DNA of 64,000 bases from the human T2T-CHM13v2.0 reference genome, Homo sapiens. The stretch is taken from the NCBI RefSeq assembly GCF_009914755.1, contig NC_060926.1; one strand, given 5' to 3'. The notes under the pieces are model-generated. The model was not told the DNA's origin. It did not search any database and was given only the letters and a program-made list of their open reading frames with translations. Positions 17,481 to 31,150 of the stretch are shown here, in pieces. Position 1 is the first letter of the stretch, and each line of letters opens with the position of its first letter. Position numbers and translations under genes: made by a program.

Positions 17481-17481
17481 A

Positions 17482-17811
<330 letters not shown>

Positions 17812-17849
17812 TTAAACAAAGCAGTGTTGTTTTTATTTTTTAGAAAACT

Positions 17850-18123
17850 AGATTCTCAGTTTATTACAAAGATGAGAATCTAGATGAAGAGACAGATGAA
17901 AAGACAGATACACAGGGAGAGGTCCAGAAGGATCCCAAGCACAGGACTTCCTCTCCCTATGGAGCTTTGGGGTGTGCCACTCTCCTGGCACATGAGTACA
18001 TCTTGTTCACCACCCAGAAGCTCTCTGAACTTTTCATTCTTCAGGGTTTTTAAGGAAGCTTCATTGCAACAGCATGATTGATTTAAATCATTGGACATCG
18101 GTGATCAACTCAACCTTCAGCTC
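17850..18123. mobile_element. MER21-like LTR fragment
   Basis: gaaggatcccaagcacaggacttcctctccctatggag...gcatgattgatttaaatcattggacatcggtgatcaactcaaccttcagc matches my memory of MER21. Confidence 0.7.
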
Positions 18124-18129
18124 CTTGTT

Positions 18130-18605
18130 TTTAATAGTAACAGTTTTACTGAGATACAGTTTACATACCATAGAATTCACTCATTTAAAGTGGCCAATGC
18201 AGTGAACTCTGGTATATTCACAGATATGTGCAATCACCACCACGGTCAATTTCAGAACATTTTCATCATCACAAAGAGAAACTCTGCACCCTTTATCTAT
18301 CACTTCCCTATCCTCCCATCTCCCCAGCCCTGACTAAGCACTAATCTACTTTCTGTCTCTATCAGTTTGCCAATTCTGGACATTTCCTTTAAGTGGAAAT
18401 TTCCTATAAATGGAATCAGATAATATGTAGTCTTTTATGACTAGGTTCTTTTACTTAGCATAATGTTTTCAAGGTTCACCCATGCCGTAGGATGTATCTG
18501 TACTTCACTCAATTTTGTGGCCAAATAATATTCCATTGTATGGATACATTACATTTTGCTTACTCATTCATCAGTTGATAAACATCTGGATTGTTTTCAT
18601 CATTT
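18130..18605 (-). mobile_element. Old L1 (L1M) 3' end fragment
   Basis: ttttactgagatacagtttacataccatag...taatctactttctgtctcta...cataatgttttcaaggttcacccatg...tattccattgtatggata: reverse-strand L1M 3' UTR. Confidence 0.85.
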
Positions 18606-18994
18606 AAACTCCGTTCTTTCACTTTTTCTAGAACAGGGACTGTTGTTCCAGATGTACTTTACTTCTATCAACTGAACCTCTTTAAATGTTCAAAATGTAA
18701 CTAATGATTCCTTTGATCATCTATGGGCATCTACGCAACTAACATGATGAGTATTTTAGACCTTGAGGAAGATGCTAATTCCCAACGCACCAAGAAACTC
18801 ATGTTTCCCCAGGAGCGTCTTTTATTTATTTCTCTCCAGTTCTGTTAATTTTTTTCTCCCTGGAAAACTCCCAATTTTCATTAAATATCACTTTATTCAT
18901 GTAGTGGACATAACAACTGGTTAAAAACAGCTTTAGATAAGAATAATGCCTTGGCAGGCTTGTTAGGCTGCCTGGTGACTTCTTAGAACTTGGT

Positions 18995-19628
<634 letters not shown>

Positions 19629-20524
19629 GTTTTTTTTTTTCCCCTTCCTGGGCTATAGTTTTTAGCAAATCATCTCCATTCCTATACTCCCTCCACCCCA
19701 CCTGACTTTTCTGGGGGCTTTTTTAGCTCCTAGTGACCTCCTACGTTTGGCTCCCTGGCTTGCCTTTGAGTGACAGATCTAAGGAAATTGGACCTGCTTG
19801 TTAATTCTTACCCTTGGTTTTATCTCTGCCCAGCCTCATGCTCTCTGAACTTCATGATCTCCTCTATGAAGTCTTCTTCAGCCTCTGAACTCTCACTCCC
19901 TCCTCTGGGTTCCCACGGCCCTGGCACACCTTGTTACTAGAGCATTTAATGTAATTATCTAACTTTCTCTCATTAGACTATAGCTCTAGTCTCTGTTCAT
20001 CTCTGTATCTTCAGTACCTACACAGCAGTGCTAGGTTTATTGTAAGGGCTCAGGGTCCACAATGTTATGCCACCACCATCAGTGTGGCTGTGTGGAATCT
20101 GGATCTTCAGGTAATTTTCCTGTGGTATTGGCTGCCTTCTACTTGTGATTCTGTGAGGGTGCTATCTTGTATGCACCTAAGTAGCATGTATTTGTCTTAA
20201 GACATCTTCCCAGGAAGCTGTTTTTCTTACTTCGGTTCTATTTCACTACCAAAGGACATGTAAAACAGGTGGGGCGCATCTGGGCCTCCATCCAGAGCCA
20301 GCTGGGCCATGTTCTGGGGGAATATTTAAGCCTTAGCGATGTATTTGCATACTTAGTTCACTAGGTTGCAATCCTAAATACTTTTGGAATTGACATGCTT
20401 ACTCCTCTTTAAATAAAGAGTCCAGCTAGAGAAATGGGGAAAAAACAAGGGGTTTGGGCATATGTGTTTTGGGGGGAAGGTTCTGTTATCCCTTTGAACT
20501 CTAATTAAAAAAATGCCTAAAACA

Positions 20525-20888
<364 letters not shown>

Positions 20889-21052
20889 TTATACTCGAAT
20901 TGAAAAACCAGCACGAACAATATTTCTGTAGATGTTACATACACATATCACAGGGGTTCTGCCTGCTAAGACTGTTCACTTTTACTGACATCTTCTGAGT
21001 AAATGAGAACAAAAAATCCTAGGTCCCGGAACAAGATCAGAACCAGCCTTAC

Positions 21053-21125
21053 CTCCACACATGTCTGCATGTGGTGGGAAATGACTTTGGAAGCAAGTCT
21101 CAGAGCTACACTCTGAATTTCAGAT
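21053..21125 (-). CDS. THADA: THADA coding exon (~exon 34), 73 bp
   Basis: Acceptor tttttctag|A, donor GAG|gtaagg; encodes (R)SEIQSVALRLASKVISHHMQTCVE; phase 2 to 0. Not in the ORF track; found by reading frame continuity. Confidence 0.94.
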
Positions 21126-21460
21126 CTAGAAAAATAAACAAACAAAAAAACAACACAAAATTACAATCAGACATATTTCATACACCGGTTTTTGCAGATA
21201 GTCTGTAATCCATGCAGAGGTGAATACTGAAAATCTCTACCTCCTGGTTACAAAAATGCCTCCGGAAGCAATTACCTTTTGGTTATTAATGCAAATCACT
21301 GACATCATTCTATTGCTTGAGTTTAGAACTCTTAGGCTGAGGTTTAGAATGAAATACAGGACCTGAGACCTGAGGGCAGGATTGTGTGCAAGTTCATTAC
21401 ATAATGACTGATGGGACCATACATCTTACCAAGGTTGCACAGGAGGTTTTGGGGGCAAAC

Positions 21461-21579
21461 CTTTCATTGGAAGCAATATCCATCGTCCAGATCAAGAACT
21501 CCTTTGGGGTCAGATGGACACAGTGCTCCGTCTGGGGAAGCCACTCACCAGGGTCCATGCAGTGGAGAATTTTCAGTAT
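21461..21579 (-). CDS. THADA: THADA coding exon (~exon 33), 119 bp
   Basis: Acceptor ttacacag|ATA, donor AAG|gtttgc; encodes ILKILHCMDPGEWLPQTEHCVHLTPKEFLIWTMDIASNE(R); phase 0 to 2. Confidence 0.94.
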
Positions 21580-22190
21580 CTGTGTAAGCCAAATCCGCAC
21601 ACAAAAAAGAGAAATAAATACTCAGGGAGATGTCTCTAGATGTTACATGATAATCAATTGTATCAACAAGAGGTCTACCTTTCAAAAGGCTCCCACTGAC
21701 TTCTTATTTCCCCCATAATACCTTTGGGAGACTGAGGCAGAGTGATGCAATGACTAACCAGAGGGCCTCTAGTGACTTGGGATGGGAGCCAGATGCCCTG
21801 ATTTTAGGCCAGTGCCCTTTCCTTTTGATTATGCTTCCCAGGTGGCCAACTGCCCTGAAATAGCCATGTCAGCAAAGACTACCTCTGACACACTCTACAG
21901 TGAATTTTTAATGATCTGTTTCCTAAACATCCCAAAGTGGTTTGCTCTGTCTTTGGTTAATCTCTGCCATCAATACTCCTATCATCAAAAGCTTTTCTTG
22001 GTGCCCTACCAGGTATGACGCCATGCCAACCACCATAAAAAGAGAGTCCTTATCCACTGGCTGCCGAATCTACTTCCTATTGCCCCTGGAGAGCCTAAAC
22101 CCAATCTTGCCTTCATGATCCTACCATTCCAGTGGCTCACAAAAGAATGTGGGGAGTGTAAAGGGCCAGTCAGTACGTTGGAGACTTTAC

Positions 22191-22570
22191 CTTGCAGAAG
22201 CATTCTGGGTGATTTTCCTTCATGGCCAACAATAAGAACTTCTCTCCCATGTTGCACAGCAAGGGTGGCACGCCCTTCTCTCCAAGTCCAGAGGCTGCTG
22301 CTAAGAACTTTTCCAAGAGGGCTTCCAGTGTTAGTGAGCGCACTTCAGGGAAGGCAGATTCTAACAGCTGAGAGAAAGAGATGGGGACATTCGTCTCCCG
22401 CTCTCCACTCTTGGCTGCCGCGGCCCACACTGCAGCAATGGCTAGTCTGGTGAGGCTCTGGAGGTACTGGGGCAGGCCTGGCACCTTGAAGGCCCAAGGG
22501 AATCCCGTTATCAGCTCTGATCCTGAGATAATCCCTCTGACTTCCTCCCAGAAGCCAAGACTCTCCAGAA
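22191..22570 (-). CDS. THADA: THADA coding exon (~exon 32), 380 bp
   Basis: Acceptor tgcttcttag|TT, donor AAG|gtaaag; encodes (V)LESLGFWEEVRGIISGSELITGFPWAFKVPGLPQYLQ...KENHPECFCK; phase 1 to 0; overlaps ORF 22170..22484. Confidence 0.96.
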
Positions 22571-22929
22571 CTAAGAAGCAAAAAAAGCAAAAGGGAAAGA
22601 GATAATCACTTTAAATTTCCACAAAAGGACATGAAAGAATGAAGACTGAATCCACTGCGTGAGGCCATCAGATGTCTCCCATAAGCAGATTTCAAACACT
22701 GTCATAAGTGAGTGGCCCTCTAAGGTTCAGACTTCTAGTCCACAACAATTTCCATTTAGGTAATGTATAATTTTTCCAACAGGGGCACAAAGGCATTACT
22801 ATTAGAAAATGCGTTCCTGGCACCCCTCCTCAACATTCAATAAATACGAACTCAGTGACCTCTTATCACCGAGCCTCAAAGCTGACCATGAGAAGAGGAC
22901 ATCTAGTATAAACTTCCTTCAGGGGTGAA

Positions 22930-23545
22930 GCTCCCCTCTGTAACACCCTTTCCCAGAAGCTCTTGGTTGAACCCTACAGTACCCTGGAGCTCATGAGACA
23001 GCTTATTCCATTGTTAGTAGATCTAATTGTCAAAAAGTTCTTTTTGTGTTTCTACTCACTGGCCTAATGCTACATTTTGAGGCTCCCAATGACAGCTCTT
23101 TAGACATTTGATTACAATTCTTGTGTCCCCTCTGTCTTCTCCAGATGAAACATTCCTACTTCCTTCCTCAAATGATGGGGTCACTGTCTCTCATTATTCT
23201 AGCTGCTTTCCTGTGGACATGCCTCACCCTCTCTTAAAGGATGGCCAATAGGCTGGATCACAAATCTCCTGCATGGTTTGACCCGCAGGACTATTACTTT
23301 CTCTGTTCTGAACTGGAGTTGCATCACACTGTTGACTCATATGGAGCACAAAGTCAACTGAAACCACAGCCCTTCTTTTTTGACGTGGTCTACTGATGGT
23401 GGTGAGTCATCTTTCTCCCACTTTGTACTCAGTACTTAAGCCAAGATGTGTTTTCTTTGTTTATTTTAAGCCCAAGTATATCCCTGTTAAATTTTATCCT
23501 CCTGTTAAGTTTTATGGTCTACCTTTCATTTGCCGAGATCTTTTC
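22930..23545. mobile_element. CR1/L3-like ancient LINE fragment (a second piece at ~24780-24940)
   Basis: agatctaattgtcaaaaagttcttttt, tcttctccagatgaaacattcc, cacactgttgactcatat and accaaatgccttgccaaaatttagat motifs. Confidence 0.55.
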
Positions 23546-23584
23546 ATATTCTCAGTTCTGATTAAAAAAATAAAAAAACCAAAA

Positions 23585-24290
23585 ACTTATTGCCTGCTTA
23601 CTATGTGCTAGGAGCTAAATAAGATCACTGCCCTTAAGGAGTTTATAGTCAGTCTAGTTTGAGAAAGAGAAATGCATGAACACATAATTCCAATATAGTG
23701 GTACAAATGATAACCTAGGCCTCAAAGAGGAAGACAGGTGACAATGTGTTAGCACCACCAAAGGCAGGGGAACCAGCTGAGCAAAGGCTCAACAAAGGCA
23801 TGAAACAGAACGGACCATGTGGGGAACTACAGGCCATCCCATAACACTGGAGCATAAAATTTGAGGTGGGAAAGGGCAGGAGATGAGGCTAGGGAAGAAA
23901 TGTGGCTAGAGTACAGAAAGCCTCCTAGACAATGTGAAGCAGCTAGTTCTGTATGCAACGGAATGCCACTGGGGGGTTATTTTAAGCAGTAAGGTCAGGG
24001 GCCCATTTTCACTGAAGTGCTCTTATCGTTGAGGAGGCAATATTAGAGGCAGGGAGACCAGTTACAACACTACTGCACCGTAGTCCAGGAGAGAAATAAA
24101 TGACGAGGGCCTTAAGTTCAGAAGGAATCAGGAGAAGGTGGGTTTAAGAAACGCTGAAGGTCTGAAGCCAAGGTGATCATTTAAAAAGGCAAAAAAGAAA
24201 GAAAAAAAAACACTGAAGGGATAAAACTGGCAGGACTAGGGAATGAGGGTGCGGACTAGGGTAGGAGTCTCGGGTACCTCCCAGCACCCA
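23585..24290. mobile_element. L2 fragment
   Basis: tactatgtgctagg...ctgcccttaaggagtttatagtc...gaggcagggagaccagtta...gtagtccagg. Confidence 0.6.
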
Positions 24291-24311
24291 GTTCTTCACA
24301 CATGTTCATCA

Positions 24312-24573
<262 letters not shown>

Positions 24574-25226
24574 CGCATACAAAGTAGTTGGCAAACTTCA
24601 ATTTCACAGGAATGCCTAAATGCCCAAAATCAAATAATTACTAAAAATGTGGGCAAGCTGGAGGGTGGAGGCCTTTGGTGAGCAGGCTCCCTGCTGGCCC
24701 TTGCCTCAAACGCTCTTCCAGGCTCTCACTAATTCATTAACTAGCCCTCTTCGGTTTGAGTCATCCCCCACTTATGAATCCTCTTAATTGTATCATTCTG
24801 TCCATGAAGTTTTATCTACAAGAACTTATGACAGACTTCACCAAATGCCTTGCCAAAATTTAGATATTATATTCATAGCATTCTCTGATAAATCCTGACA
24901 ACTGTACCCAAGATGTTAACAAGTTTATCCTGGATTGGCTTACCAGACAGCATTTAAGTGATACGCATTTATAGCTAATAAAACACCGTTTATATTTATC
25001 ATCTCATTATAACTCAGAGAACTCTGCTGACTTCTAGAAAACTAACATAAACATAATGCATATGTAAAACATTCAGGTAACAGAAAAATTTATTTGAAAT
25101 TGAAAATTTGCATAGACTTGCAATAATTCGAGATTTAAAAATATAGAGTATTTATGTAACACATCAAATTGTTTCAAAGTCTGTCACAGGGGGCAAAATG
25201 GGGACTGGACTTGGGCTCCAACATGA

Positions 25227-25932
<706 letters not shown>

Positions 25933-26198
25933 AGGCAGTATCTTTATAAAGCAGTGGGGGAAACCCTGGGCAGCTGGGATCTTCAACCTCTGTGTCATCT
26001 CTGTTTCAATGTCTAAAAACCGAATCTCATAACAATCTAATAATAATAAGAGCACAGTACTATCATCTCCAGGTACCATTTCCCTATCCTTCCTACCCAC
26101 TGCTGCTAGAGGACAGCATTACATTCAAAAGGAATTTCATTTATTTGGCACAGTCAGAAATATGGCTCAGAAATCTGCTCTTAAAATTGTAATTAACG

Positions 26199-26262
26199 GC
26201 CGCCCGGGAGGCAGCGGCTGGAGGAGCGGACGGGCCCCGCGGGGCCCGAGGGCAAGGAGCAG
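26199..26262 (+). other. Transduced fragment of MAST2 exon 1 at the 5' end of the SVA
   Basis: Translates as PPGRQRLEERTGPAGPEGKEQ, which I recognise as the end of MAST2 exon 1; joined at GAGCAG|CCGCCTGCCTTGGCCTCCCAAAG, the splice junction that defines SVA_F1. Confidence 0.9.
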
Positions 26263-26304
26263 CCGCCTGCCTTGGCCTCCCAAAGTGCCGAGATTGCAGC
26301 CTCT

Positions 26305-27450
26305 GCCCGGCCGCCACCCCGTCTGGGAAGTGAGGAGTGTCTCTGCCTGGCCGCCCATCGTCTGGGATGTGAGGAGCCCCTCTGCCTGGCTGCCCAGTCT
26401 GGAAAGTGAGGAGCGTCTCCGCCCGGCCGCCATCCCATCTAGGAAGTGAGGAGCGCCTCTTCCCAGCCGCCATCACATCTAGGAAGTGAGGAGCGTCTCT
26501 GCCCGGCCGCCCATCGTCTGAGATGTGGGGAGCGCCTCTGCCCCGCCGCCCCATCTGGGATGTGAGGAGCGCCTCTGCCCGGCCGAGACCCCGTCTGGGA
26601 GGTGAGGAGCGTCTCTGCCCGGCCACCCCGTCTGAGAAGTGAGGAGACCCTCTGCCTGGCAACCACCCCGTCTGAGAAGTGAGGAGCCCCTCCGCCCGGC
26701 AGCTGCCCCGTCTGAGAAGTGAGGAGCCTCTCTGCCCGGCAGCCACCCCATCTGGGAAGTGAGGAGCGTCTCCGCCCGGCAGCCACCCCGTCCGGGAGGG
26801 AGGTGGGGGGGGGTCAGCCCCCCGCCCGGCCAGCCGCCCCATCCGGGAGGGAGGTGGGCGGTCAGCCCCCCCGCCCGGCCAGCCGTGCCGTCCGGGAGGG
26901 AGGTGGGGGGGTCAGCCCCCCGCCTGGCCAGCCGTGCCGTCCGGGAGGGAGGTGGGGGGGTCAGCCCCCCGCCCGGCCAGCCCCCCCGTCCGGGAGGTGA
27001 GGGGCGCCTCTGCCCGGCCACCCCTACTGGGAAGTGAGGAGCCCCTCAGCCCGGCCAGCCACCCCGTCCGGGAGGGAGGTGGGGGGGTCGGCCCCCCGCC
27101 CGGCCAGCCGCCCCGTCCGGGAGGGAGGTGGGGGGGTCGGCCCCCCGCCCGGCCAGCCGCCCCGTCCGGGAGGGAGGTGGGGGGGGATCAGCCCCCCCGC
27201 CCGGCCAGCCGCCCCGTCCGGGAGGTGAGGGGCGCCTCTGCCCGGCCGCCCCTACTGGGAAGTGAGGAGCCCCTCTGCCCGGCCAGCCGCCATCCGGGAG
27301 GGAGGTGGGGGGGTCAGCCCCCCGCCCGGCCAGCCGCCCCGTCCGGGAGGGAGGTGGGGGGGGTCAGCCCCCCGGCCCGGCCAGCCGCCCCGGCCGCCCC
27401 TACTGGGAAGTGAGGAGCCCCTCTGCCCGGCCACCACCCCGTCTGGGAGG
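26305..27450 (+). repeat. SVA VNTR (GC/CpG-rich, G-quadruplex-prone)
   Basis: ~40-bp units (ccccgtctgagaagtgaggagc...ctgcccggc) followed by ~48-50-bp units (ccgtccgggagggaggtggggggg tcagcccccc) in three arrays, each ending in cccctactgggaagtgaggagcccc. Confidence 0.95.
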
Positions 27451-28271
27451 TGTGCCCAACAGCTCATTGAGAACGGGCCAGGATGACAATGGCGGCTTTG
27501 TGGAATAGAAAGGCGGGAAAGGTGGGGAAAAGATTGAGAAATCGGATGGTTGCCGTGTCTGTGTAGAAAGAAGTAGACATGGGAGACTTTTCATTTTGTT
27601 CTGCACTAAGAAAAATTCCTCTGCCTTGGGATCCTGTTGATCTGTGACCTTACCCCCAACCCTGTGCTCTCTGAAACATGTGCTGTGTCCACTCAGGGTT
27701 AAATGGATTAAGGGCGGTGCAAGATGTGCTTTGTTAAACAGATGCTTGAAGGCAGCATGCTCGTTAAGAGTCATCACCACTCCCTAATCTCAAGTAATCA
27801 GGGACACAAACACTGCGGAAGGCCGCAGGGTCCTCTGCCTAGGAAAACCAGAGACCTTTGTTCACTTGTTTATCTGCTGACCTTCCCTCCACTGTTGTCC
27901 CATGACCCTGCCAAATCCCCCTCTGTGAGAAACACCCAAGAATTATCAATAAAAAAAAAATTAAAAAAAAAAAATTGTAATTAACAACAGGAAGAACTAT
28001 CTGGGCTGTTCTGGATATAGTCCAGGCTGAGTGTAAGTATAGTCTGCTGGACTTGAGAGTTGGACACCCAGACCCATTTTTCTGGTCTGGGGCCTTAAGA
28101 AGGGATGATATCACCAGGAAGCCAGGGAATGAAGGCACTACCCCAAAGAAGGAGGAGATGGGGAGCAAGCATGCTGATGAGTGTAATGAAGGTAGACATT
28201 CCTTTGGGACTTCTTGACCTACACTGCCTGTGACTTGAGTATTAACTCTTTAAGTATTTCCTAAGCATATA

Positions 28272-28612
28272 CAGGTTGAGCATCTCTAATCTGAAAATCT
28301 GAAATCCAAAATGCTCTAAGATCGGAAACTTTTTACGTGTTGAAATGGTGCCATAAGTGGAAAATTCCACACCTGACCTAATGCAGTCAACACACAGATG
28401 CAGTTTATTCAGTGTCCCCAAGGGAAAAATAAGATCACCTTCCGGTTATGTGTATAAGGTATGTATGAAACATAAATGAATTCTGTGTTTAGACTTGGGT
28501 TCCATCCCCAAGATGTCTCATTATATATGCAAATATTTAAAAAAAAAAAACCCAAACCTGAAATCTGAAACATGTTTGGTCCCAAGCATTTTGGATAAAG
28601 GAAGCTTAACTG
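28272..28612. mobile_element. Tigger4-like (MER46) Tc1/mariner MITE
   Basis: ta|caggttgagcatctctaatctgaaaatctgaaatccaaaatgctc ... cccaagcattttggataaaggaagcttaactg: degenerate terminal inverted repeats. Confidence 0.8.
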
Positions 28613-28731
28613 CATTAGGTACTTTGGGAGATACAGAGATGCAGAGCTGAGAAAGAAAAAGATCTGCTTCAAAGAGCTTTAAGACCAATGGGAGGACAAA
28701 GAACAAGTACACAATAATAACTATAAAAATC

Positions 28732-29405
28732 TAGCCGGGCGCAGTGGCTCACGCCTGTAATCCCAGCACTTTGGGAGGCCGAGGCGGGCAGATCACCTGA
28801 GGTCAGGAGTTTGAGACCAACCTGGCCAACATGGTGAAACCCCGTCTCTACTAAAAAAAATACAAAAATTAGCTGGGCGTGATGGTGGGCACCTGTAATC
28901 CCAGCTACTCAGGAGGCTGAGGGAGGAGAATCGCTTGAACCCAAGAGGCGGAGTTTGCAGTGAGCCAAGATAGGGCTGCTGCACTCCAGCCTGAGCAACA
29001 GAAGAGACTCTGTCTCAAAAACAACAACACCAACAAAAACCTATAAAAATCACAAAATGTTTAGTGTCCTAAAATTGTTACTAATAAAAGCTGAAATTTG
29101 GGCTGGGCACAGTGGCTCATGCCTGTAATCCCAGCACTTTGGGAGGCCAAGGTGGGCAGATCACCCAAGGTCAGGAGCTTGAGACCAGCCTGACCAACAT
29201 GGCGAAACCCCGCCTCTACTAAAAATACAAAAATTAGCCAGGTGTGGTGGTGCATGCCTGTAATCCCAGCTACTCCGGAGGCTGAAGCAGGAGAACTGCT
29301 TGAACCTGTGACGCGGAGGTAGCAGTGAGCCGAGATTGTGCCACTGCACTACAGCCTGTACAAGAAGAGCAAAACTCTGTCTCAAGGCAAAAAAAAAAAA
29401 AAAAA
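28732..29405 (+). mobile_element. Two AluS (28732-29040, 29101-29405)
   Basis: TSDs aactataaaaatc/acctataaaaatc and aaaagctga(a/c)atttg. Confidence 0.92.
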
Positions 29406-29502
29406 GCTGACATTTGTTGAGTATTTACATGTCATGTACTATTCTGTAATTACAAAATATTACATACCCATGATTTAATGCTACGAATAAAAATTACTTT
29501 TA

Positions 29503-29683
<181 letters not shown>

Positions 29684-30204
29684 TGATATTATTCTGAGCA
29701 CCTAGACAAGATTTAACTCTTTAATGAGGTAGGCTCTATTATTATTATTATTCCCATTTTACAGATGAGGAAACAGAGAGGTGAAGTTACTTGCTCAAGG
29801 TCACTAAGGAAAAGGTAGGTAAAGAGAATACACACTAAAGCCATATGAAAGACCAAAATGAATGCGATGGCACTGATATTCTACTGGAAGAAATGGAAAA
29901 AGGGCTTTCAAGAGGCAACACAATTTAAGGTGGGCCCTGAGGCTGCACAGGAACCTTGCTGGGAGAGGAGAGGAAAGGGCAAACGTGTCAGGGAGAGTTA
30001 GGAGAGAACAGACACAGAGAGACCTTTAAATAAGTTTGCTGAATTAATGTGTCAACAGAGGAGCAGCAAGAGAGGTTAGACCTAGAGCCAAAAGGGAGGA
30101 AATTATCAAGTGACATTCATTTAGGCACTTTCTCCAAACTGCTGCTTGGAAAAAATATTCTGTTTGTGCAGCAACTCGGACTCAAGGAGATGCCCCGAAG
30201 GGCT

Positions 30205-30502
30205 TGTGAAACCACGGACTGCTGCCTCGACCTCACCCCAGAGTTTCTGATTCTGCAGGTCCTGGGATGGGGCTGATGATTTGCATTTTCAACAAGCTCA
30301 CAGGTGAAGCTGCTGCTGCTGATCCAGGTATTTTAAAAACCACTGCCCTCAAGTAAAGGTAATGACTAATGATATTAAAACCACACATGCCTGAATCCCA
30401 CTCTTGTAGATTCTGATTCAGTTGGTTTCAAGTTGGGCGCAGACAGCTGTAATCTTAAGAACTGGCAGGTAATTCTGCTCTGCACCCCAGCTGAGAACCA
30501 CA
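30205..30502. mobile_element. Two MER5A-like hAT fragments in tandem
   Basis: caccccagagtttctgattc...atttgcattttcaacaagctcacaggtga...aaccactgc, then a second copy gattctgattcagttgg...gagaaccac. Confidence 0.75.
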
Positions 30503-30999
30503 CTCCTCAGGGCCAACTTTCACGCGGGTTGGCAGGGTTTATGGGTGGGTAGGGCACTGGAGTTTCACGCAGAGCACGTATGATTCCAGCGCAGGACTTC
30601 ACAGTAGTGAAGAACTAGAAAATTCACCATGCCCCAATTTCTCTTTCAAATAAAAACACCAAAGGAGAGAAAATAACCAAGAATTCAAAAGAACGAATAC
30701 GCACTATGAATGTTCCTGGCAGGCAGGCCAGCCACCTGGCCAGACCTTCAGCAATGTAAACACTGGCTCGTTGTGTGCAGGTTCTGTTCTAGGTCTAGAT
30801 GCAGCAGTGAATTAGACCTGGCTTTGCTCTCATGGAGCTCCAACTGGGTGGGGACCACAGGAACCATATTCCCCTATTCCATCTCAGTACCCAGAGTGAG
30901 AGGGTCTCTAGGTGGAACAGAAGGTTGGAGGCAGGAATGTCCAATACTTCAGCATAAGCTACTGCAGCAGCTAACAAAGAAATGCTGCTTTTCTCTTGC

Positions 31000-31150
31000 A
31001 CAGTGGTTCTCAGCCCAGAAAGCACATTACATTAATCTGAGAGCTTTAGAAAAATACTCATGTCAGGGGACACTTGACCACATCTCTGGGGTGAAACCTA
31101 GCAGTCTAGTTTTAAAGTGACCTAGGTACAGCAGGGATTGACGGCTACTG
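31000..31150. mobile_element. MER5-like hAT fragment
   Basis: cagtggttctcag...gagctttagaaaaatactcatg...cagggattgacggctactg. Confidence 0.65.

Larger units (their letters stand above)
26198..27970 (+). mobile_element. SVA_F1 (MAST2-SVA) retrotransposon, antisense to THADA
   Basis: MAST2-exon-1-like 5' end (26199-26262), truncated Alu-like part from 26263, GC-rich VNTR ~26305-27450, SINE-R ~27455-27950, AATAAA 27948-27953, poly(A), and a perfect 15-bp TSD aaaattgtaattaac (26183-26197 and 27971-27985) at a TT/AAAA L1 endonuclease site. No CCCTCT hexamer. Confidence 0.95.

Noticed and set aside
23482-23516. Short direct repeats (cctgttaa.ttttat x2; also tttgctatag x2 at ~32332-32357)
   Set aside because: Ordinary micro-duplications with no further structure.
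26305-27450. Repeat array resembling CRISPR
   Set aside because: No unique spacers; standard SVA VNTR in human DNA.
26141-27780. Many overlapping long ORFs (up to 233 aa) on both strands
   Set aside because: They come from the GC-rich, stop-poor SVA VNTR; low-complexity P/G/R/A translations.
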